This document shows positions 55,055-64,000 of a stretch of 64,000 nt of DNA, one piece after another. Origin of the DNA: Eledone cirrhosa. Its lineage: Eukaryota. The DNA lies in the NCBI GenBank assembly GCA_964016885.1, contig OZ024742.1, positions 320,292,001 to 320,356,000 on the forward strand, written 5' to 3'. The position numbers and the translations under genes were made by a program. The notes under the pieces are model-generated. The model was not told where the DNA came from, ran no database searches, and saw only the letters and a program-made list of their open reading frames with translations. The stretch's first letter is position 1. Each line of letters starts with the position of its first letter.

Positions 55055-57214
55055 TTAACTGTATACTTTGTGAAAAGTTCTATGGAATTTATGCAGGCAG
55101 ATGGAAAACAAATCCGAGCGTCTATTTATTATGGATTCTAGGTTAGAGATAATGGTAAATTTTTCATTTAGGCAGAGATTACAGATTTTAGATAGAGAGC
55201 TGTTCAAGTACGAGGATGCAGAAGAAATCTTTTTCCAAAAGATGTTATATTTAATGTTTTTGTCTTTTAAGGACCATATGAGTTCTGAGAGAGCAGTGTT
55301 AGTTCTTTTAAGTTTGTATTTGAAAGATGAATGATGATTATAGAGACGAGCTTTAAAAGAGGTGGAAGTGGAGCCAAAATAGGTGAAGGAATTGGTGCTA
55401 GTTATAATTTTACATTCATAAATTAAGTTTTTATCGAGGCAATGGTTGTTGAGAGGACATTTATTTTTAATGCGGCAGTTGCAATTAGAGAGATTATTAA
55501 TGAGTGATCTAGTGTTATCTATAGAAGGAATTGGATTGGAGAAGTTGTTTGCGATAGGAATAATAGGAATAATAGTTTCTTGATTTAGAGTTGGATTATG
55601 AACATTTAGCGAAGTTGTGTTTGACGTTGCATTTGGGTTTACAGAAGTTAGCCTAGGGTTTACAATGACGTCAGGAGTACTATTATTGTTATTATGAAAT
55701 TCAATATTGGAAGGAAGAGATTTAGTATTTAATATTTTGTTGTTGTGTTTAGAGATGATGTTGGAAATATTGGAGGATGTAGAATACGAAAATTTGATGG
55801 TGTGTTTGTTAAATATTTTACTATAGATATGTGAGGGAGGGAAGCATTTATTTAAGGCACTAAAAAATAATTTAGGAATATTGTTATTAATAGAGATGGA
55901 GAAAGGAGCATTATACCAGATTATGTTTTTGTATCTAGGTCTTTTATTAAAATTATTGGAATGGTTATGATTAAATATTCTACTGTAAGTTTTCCTAGAA
56001 TTTGTTTCTTTATTATATTTGATTTTATCTGGATAGCCGGCTTTAGAAAGTGCGTTATTATAGTAATTGGCGTTAGCATCAAAGATGTTTTTATTAGAAG
56101 ATATGTTAGATATTCTATTTCCAATATTATTAACTATAGCATTCTTGATATTGGTAGGATGGTTAGATTTAAAGTTAACATAATTAAGATTCTCATTGTT
56201 TTTATGGTAAGGGTAATATAGGCCAGTGTCAAGATTAAGAGATACATCCAAGAAATTAGCTAGTTTGGTACTATTATCAAATTCAATTTTTAGGTTATGT
56301 TGGTTAAAGAGATTACGTATATTGTTCTTAATAATATTAAGTTTAACTATATTGCAATTTAGGATAGTAAAGAGTTCATCGTCACGATAAATTCCACCGC
56401 GAAGTTGAGGAATTTTCCGACTCAAAGAGTTCAAAATGAAGATACCAATTAAATCAGTCAATTGGGATGAATCGGATGCTCCCATTGTGATGTCGAAGTT
56501 GTTAGAGGTATCGGCTCTGGTCCAATATTCGTTGTTGAACTCTAGGATGGTTTTACGTGCGGTGAGGATGATGTGAAGTTCATCTGTGGTGATGTCAGAA
56601 TATTTAAGTGCGAAAGATAGAGCATTATTGAGAAGTGAAGGCGAAATGGAGGAATAGTAGCTGGCAATATCGAATTGAATAAATTTTAGTTTGTTTTTAT
56701 TATCCAATTTGTTGAACCAGCCAATCACTTCAGAAGTACCAAACCATAAATTTAGGTTTAAAGAAGAGCAATTAGAACTAACCTGTGGGATAATCCTATC
56801 CAAGATGGCTTTACTAACAACCCCCAGATCAGATTTAGAGGGGGCGATTAATCTAACAGGTAGTTCAGTGCGAAAATTGTTTTTGTGATCCTTGAGATTT
56901 ATCCTCGGAGTTCTTGGGAGGAATGGTTCGGTCTTTTTTTCAATGCCAAGTTTTGACATAATCTCATAGGCTTCAAGGTTTATGCATTCTAAATTTTCAT
57001 GGTTGGTTTTACGATACTTTTTCCTAAGTTCCTTTAGGATAAGGTTGTTATAATTATCCTTGGAAATACCATATAGGTTATTGGTTTTGTCAGAGTGGAC
57101 TAAAACATTTTTTGAGGAATTTAGGTTAGAGATTGTGTTCTTGAGATTTACAAGGTGCTCTTGTCCTTTGTAAGGGTATCTCTTGAATTTAAGATTTTTT
57201 ATAATTTTAGTTAA
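55055..57214 (-). CDS. PLE reverse transcriptase plus GIY-YIG endonuclease, open frame, 5'-truncated
   Basis: 634-aa ORF extends upstream without stop (..VHSDKTNNLY..); KDHK, VRLI, FDIASYYSSI, MGASDS, GIYRDD, NFLDV, SNHP, CNCRIKNKCP, LIY..YFGST, CNLCL, CLH. Confidence 0.9.
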   Translation of the reverse strand, partial: LTKIIKNLKFKRYPYKGQEHLVNLKNTISNLNSSKNVLVHSDKTNNLYGISKDNYNNLILKELRKKYRKTNHENLECINLEAYEIMSKLGIEKKTEPFLPRTPRINLKDHKNNFRTELPVRLIAPSKSDLGVVSKAILDRIIPQVSSNCSSLNLNLWFGTSEVIGWFNKLDNKNKLKFIQFDIASYYSSISPSLLNNALSFALKYSDITTDELHIILTARKTILEFNNEYWTRADTSNNFDITMGASDSSQLTDLIGIFILNSLSRKIPQLRGGIYRDDELFTILNCNIVKLNIIKNNIRNLFNQHNLKIEFDNSTKLANFLDVSLNLDTGLYYPYHKNNENLNYVNFKSNHPTNIKNAIVNNIGNRISNISSNKNIFDANANYYNNALSKAGYPDKIKYNKETNSRKTYSRIFNHNHSNNFNKRPRYKNIIWYNAPFSISINNNIPKLFFSALNKCFPPSHIYSKIFNKHTIKFSYSTSSNISNIISKHNNKILNTKSLPSNIEFHNNNNSTPDVIVNPRLTSVNPNATSNTTSLNVHNPTLNQETIIPIIPIANNFSNPIPSIDNTRSLINNLSNCNCRIKNKCPLNNHCLDKNLIYECKIITSTNSFTYFGSTSTSFKARLYNHHSSFKYKLKRTNTALSELIWSLKDKNIKYNIFWKKISSASSYLNSSLSKICNLCLNEKFTIISNLESIINRRSDLFSICLHKFHRTFHKVYS

Positions 57215-57429
57215 TTAATCTCCTCTCAGTTATAAAAACTATCTCTTTCTCTCTATCACCCATCTCTCCCTCTCATCTCCTTCCCTTTTCATCCTTTTCT
57301 CCCCACCCCCCCTCTCTAAATAAAATATTTTTCCCAATATCACACATCAATCTAAAACCACTTTTCATATGTTGATTTAAAACTGCACTATCAACAAGTG
57401 TTTTTTTTAGCCTTCATATCATGTTCTCC

Positions 57430-57500
57430 TGTTTTATCTGATGAAAACACAAATATTATTGTTTGATGATGTTTGTTTTTGAAATGCGCATAATAAAATA
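57430..57500 (+). ncRNA. HHR family A in the inverted 5' pLTR
   Basis: CTGATGA 57438-44, GAAATGCGCATA 57481-92. Confidence 0.85.
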
Positions 57501-57621
57501 TATTGAACTCCTTTAACCATCTTTTGATCTTATATTATGCATACTCCAGTCCCACAAACTGTAGAGTGCTTCCTATCCGATATCTGCATTGCTTTATTGT
57601 ACTACAATAAAACTCACCTCC

Positions 57622-59527
<1,906 letters not shown>

Positions 59528-60782
59528 ACCTGGCTAAGACCAAAGTGCTAGTTTGTAGGAAAGAAAACAAGGCGGCGGTCCCTTCTGGGAAATGGTCGTG
59601 CTCGGTGTGTAGGAAAGGCGTAGGTAGAAACTCCATTTTATGTCCTAAATGCAAAGTATGGGTGCATAAAAGATGTAGTGGGATCACAGGTAAGCTAACT
59701 AAGAACATAGATTTTACATGTGGCCGGTGCTCTGGTGCAATAAGTAGCAGCAAGTGCCCACAAACTACTAGCTCTTTCAATTGCGCAGAGGGTTCTATAG
59801 AAATAGTGGACAGCTTCCGTTATCTGGGCGATAAAATCAGCAGTGGGGGAGGGTGCTCTGAAAGTACTGTAGCTAGAGTCAGAACTGGTTGGAAAAAGTT
59901 CAGAGAGCTTATACCACTATTAGCTGCTAAAGGGTTCTCACTAAAAATGAAAGGCAGGTTGTACGATGCCTGCATACGAACAGCAATGCTGCATGGCAGT
60001 GAGACCTGGGCATTGTGTGCAGAGGATATACGCAGACTAGAGAGGAACGAAGCTTGCATGCTCCGCTGGATGTGTAACAGTAATATACGTGAACGGCAAA
60101 GCATAAACGAACTAAGGAAAAAATTAGAGATAAGAGGGATCAGATGTTGTTTACTCGAGAGAAGGCTACGTTGGTATGGACACGTGATGCGCATGAAAGT
60201 CGATAGCTGTATAACAAAGTGCAGGGCAATAAAGATAGACGGTAGTCACGGAATAGGCAGACCTAGAAAAACCTGGGACGAGCTGATAAACTCCGACATC
60301 ACACACTTACACCTCTCCAAGACAATGTCACTGGACCGAGACCTTTGGCGGTACTCAGTAACAGAGAAGACCCGCCTTACCTAAATATATAGTAAAACCT
60401 ACTCCAGCCAGTAGGCATCTCTAACAAAATACACCCCGTCCCACCACCCCCACCCCCACCCGATCCACACCACCCCGTTCTATGTAAAGTTATGTTGGTG
60501 CCGCGCCTTCGAGGCCGAAACAAATGAGATCGTGTAGGTGTCACGACAAAAAAACACACAGTCCACGCTGTAATGTGGCCGTGTAGGCAACACGGTAAAA
60601 ACCTCCCAGACCCACACTGTAAATGTGGTTGGTGTTAGGAAGGGCATCCAACTGTAGAAAACCTGCCAGACAGTCCTATGCGAGCAAGACAATCACTCTT
60701 GCCTCAAGTGGGACTACCCCCGTCCAAACCCATGCAAGCGTGGAACACGGACGTTAAACGTTGATGATGATGATGATGATGA
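59528..60782 (+). mobile_element. 5'-truncated RTE-group LINE (RT C-terminus with PHD-like finger, 3' UTR, (GAT)n tail)
   Basis: [52 protein letters not shown]. Confidence 0.9.
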
Positions 60783-60792
60783 TATATATATG

Positions 60793-60870
<78 letters not shown>

Positions 60871-60872
60871 CG

Positions 60873-60963
<91 letters not shown>

Positions 60964-60968
60964 GTATA

Positions 60969-61055
<87 letters not shown>

Positions 61056-61222
61056 GTATATGTATATATATATATATGTATATACATATACATATATATA
61101 TATATACATATATGTATATGTATATATATATCTATATATATACATATATGTATATGTATATATACATACATATATGTATATATATATACATATATGTATA
61201 TATATATATATATATGTATATG

Positions 61223-61275
<53 letters not shown>

Positions 61276-61312
61276 GTGTGTATGTATGTATGTATATATA
61301 TATACATGTGTA

Positions 61313-61345
<33 letters not shown>

Positions 61346-61350
61346 GTATG
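60783..61350. repeat. (TA)n/(TATG)n/(TG)n compound microsatellite
   Basis: Seen directly. Confidence 0.95.
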
Positions 61351-61377
61351 TATGTATGTGTGCGCGCGTGCGTACGC

Positions 61378-61932
61378 GATCATCATGACTGTTTAACATT
61401 CATTTTTCCACGCTAGTATGGTTTAGATGAGTTGCCCTATTGTGAGTGAAGCCAGATCAGATGACCGTGTCTTGCTCATACAAGACTGATTTTGGCTTGG
61501 TTTCTATGGCTGGATGCCCTTCCTGATGCCAATCACATTTACTGAATGAACTGGGTGCTTTGTCATGACACCTACCTGACCACTTTATAGTGTGGACTGA
61601 GCACTTTTGTTGTCTTCAGGAGGACAACTTTATGGTGTAGGTTGAGGACTTGGGTGGGGAAGAATTGGGGAGGTAGGTATAGGGATGGGATGATTACAGC
61701 AAGGGAGGTGTATGAGAGGGGTGATGGCAGGGAAGGTGTGCATACTGGATATATACCTCAGCTCGTGCATATGGGAGGGAGAATCTTCTGTAATACTGCA
61801 TAGCGTCAGAGATCACCGTCCTATGACATTGCTTTAGCAAGGTCTAATTGTGCAAAGTCAGCTTTTATTACCTCATCCCAAGTCTTCCTAGGCCTGCCCA
61901 CTCCATGGCTTCCATCAACTTTGAGCGCTCTG
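61378..61932 (-). mobile_element. Diverged RTE 3' end, antisense to the 59528 copy
   Basis: CCCAAGTCTTCCTAGGCCTGCC (GRPRKTW on minus), GGATGCCCTTCCT, CATCAT tail. Confidence 0.8.
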
Positions 61933-62566
61933 CGTACGTGCGTGCGTGCGTATATGTATGTATATAAATGTATGTATGTATGTATGGTGATTTACTTACT
62001 TCTTACAACAGAAACAAAACACAGTACTACAGTCCCAACCACGTAGTTCCTGGCGATAGATCTCTGAATGAGGTGGGTCAGTACATTCATCTATAAATTC
62101 AAACAACTCACTGCGTGGGAAACCATTTTCATAATAATGCTAAAAAATAGAATAAAAGAACAAACAAAACTTATTGGAAGAGAATTTTATTGATTAAAAA
62201 CAAAAAAAAACAAAAAAAAAAAAAACATTTCTCCTGCTGGCAAGAGTTGGGTGGGTTTATGAATTTCTTACACTCTAAATTGGTTGCCATTAAGAAGGAC
62301 ATCCATATTTATATCAGATCATGACAACATATGGAATCTATGAGTATGGCATGGTCTTCAGAACCCATCTTGTTTCAGAACTTAACCCACCAAATCCCTG
62401 CGAGCATAGGAAATTAAAATATAACAAAGATTATGATGATGATAAAAAATGTGAATAATTTGGCCCCGAATGGGCTCTGATAGAGTAGATCCACAATCCA
62501 ATGTATTACAGCTTCTATTTTTAAAGTATAGTGTATTTATTATTAGATTATTGTGTCATTTACCTT

Positions 62567-63283
62567 TTAACCCTTTTCATCCTAACTCACCTAAAACCAC
62601 CCCAGATACAAATCTGCCCGTTTAAAAATGTTCATACTTATATTAATCATTTTAGTAGCATATTTCTTATGAAATACTTTGTATTTTAATTAATTAATGA
62701 AGAATTTGGGAAGTATTTACTAAAATTATAATTTCATGAAGATGACAATGAAAAAGTACCGAGTCCACGCTGTAAATGTGGTTGAAATTACGAAGGGCAT
62801 CCAGCCATAGAAACCAAGCCAGAAACAGTTCTGTATGAGCAAGACATGGTCACCTGATCTGACTCATCTCAGAACGGGACAATTCGTCTAACCCATGCTA
62901 GCATGGAAGATGGATGTTAAATGGTGCGAAACAAATGAGATCGTGTAGGTGTCACGACAAAAAACACACAGTCCACGCTGTAAATGTGGCCGTGTAGGTA
63001 ACACGGTAAAAACCTCCCAGCCCCACACTGTAAATGTGGTTGGTGTTAGGAAGGGCATCCAGCTGTAGAAAACCCGCCAGACAGTCCACGCTGTAATGTG
63101 GCCGTGTAGGCAACACGGTAAAAACCTCCCAGCCCCACACTGTAAATGTGGTTGGTGTTAGGAAGGGCATCCAACTGTAGAAAACCCGCCAGACAGTCCT
63201 ATGCGAGCAAGACAACCACTCTTGCCTCAAGTGGGAAAACCCCCATCCAAACCCATGCAAGCGTGGAACACGGACGCTAAACC

Positions 63284-63316
<33 letters not shown>

Positions 63317-63456
63317 CTATATGATATTCATAACAAAATATTCTAATATAAAATTATGTTGGAAGTTTTTCATTTAAGTAGGAACCCTTTAAAATGGGTG
63401 GCTTTATTTCATAGAATCAGAGCTAGTTTTGATCAGGTTGGTATCAAAAGGGTGAA
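62567..63456. mobile_element. TTAA MITE carrying nested RTE 3' tails (62760-63316)
   Basis: TTAACCCTTTTCAT ... ATCAAAAGGGTGAA termini; nested tails match 60517-60782 with an internal ~117-bp duplication. Confidence 0.6.
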
Positions 63457-63589
63457 GAAGATTGCTTCACAATTTCACTGCATAGCACCTTCAATCTCTC
63501 TCTCTCATGTATTTTAGTCCTCCACAATGGAATGTAAGGTTATAACTCCAGCAAAACCTGAACTCAAAACTGTAAAGTGATGAAGTAGA

Positions 63590-63880
63590 TATAGTCTAAC
63601 CCATGCTAGCATGGAAAATGCACGTTAAACGAATGATGATAGTTAGACATTCAATCCAACATCAGTTAGTCTATTTTTCCATGTTGAGATGGATTAGATA
63701 GGTGGTTAAAGACCATATCAGTACTTGATTGAAGCTACTGACCCCTCCAAATGGGCCAGGGACCATGTCTTGCTTACGCATGTTCTTATTTTGGCATAGT
63801 TTCTGTGGTTGAATACCCTTTCTATTACCAACTCCTTTACAGAGTGTACTGCGTGCATTATCTTGTACTAACACTAGGGA
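63590..63880. mobile_element. Short RTE/SINE 3' tail fragments in both orientations
   Basis: AACCCATGCTAGCATGGAAAA..GTTAAACG..GATGAT (+) and a degenerate reverse copy. Confidence 0.55.
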
Positions 63881-64000
63881 GGTTGTTATAATAATAATGA
63901 AATTATTGTGTAAAGTGCTCAGGTGCACTACAACTCGTCAATATAGTACATAGAATAATACACAAATGTCAGGGAAGTACATGTGTGTATGTGTTAGCTG

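Larger units (their letters stand above)
53491..57625 (-). mobile_element. Penelope-like element (Hydra-type) with ~400-bp inverted terminal repeats, in (TA)n
   Basis: 53491-53888 is the reverse complement of 57218-57625; both contain HHR family A; RT-GIY-YIG ORF lies between. Confidence 0.93.

Overview
Eukaryotic, AT- and microsatellite-rich, gene-poor DNA. The SINE and LINE-tail families resemble those of octopus/cephalopods (inference). No host protein-coding gene could be supported, and most ORF-track entries are translations of simple repeats. The window is a mosaic of mobile elements: a 5.6 kb minisatellite, an R4/Dong-type RLE LINE in (CATA)n, two tandem L1/Tx1 LINEs in (CCTA)n, two Penelope-like elements (PLEs) with YRDD RT and Hydra-type GIY-YIG in (TA)n, RTE fragments, many tRNA-derived SINEs, MITEs and a Helitron-like element. 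The main signal is a hammerhead-ribozyme (HHR) system read directly from the sequence. A 9.1 kb array of 19 near-identical 476-bp monomers each carries a type I HHR (a retrozyme-like satellite). It lies between oppositely oriented HHR-bearing terminal repeats of a PLE whose RT-endonuclease frame is open. Several further HHR families and fold-back palindromes occur elsewhere in the window. All coordinates and base-pairings were read by eye.
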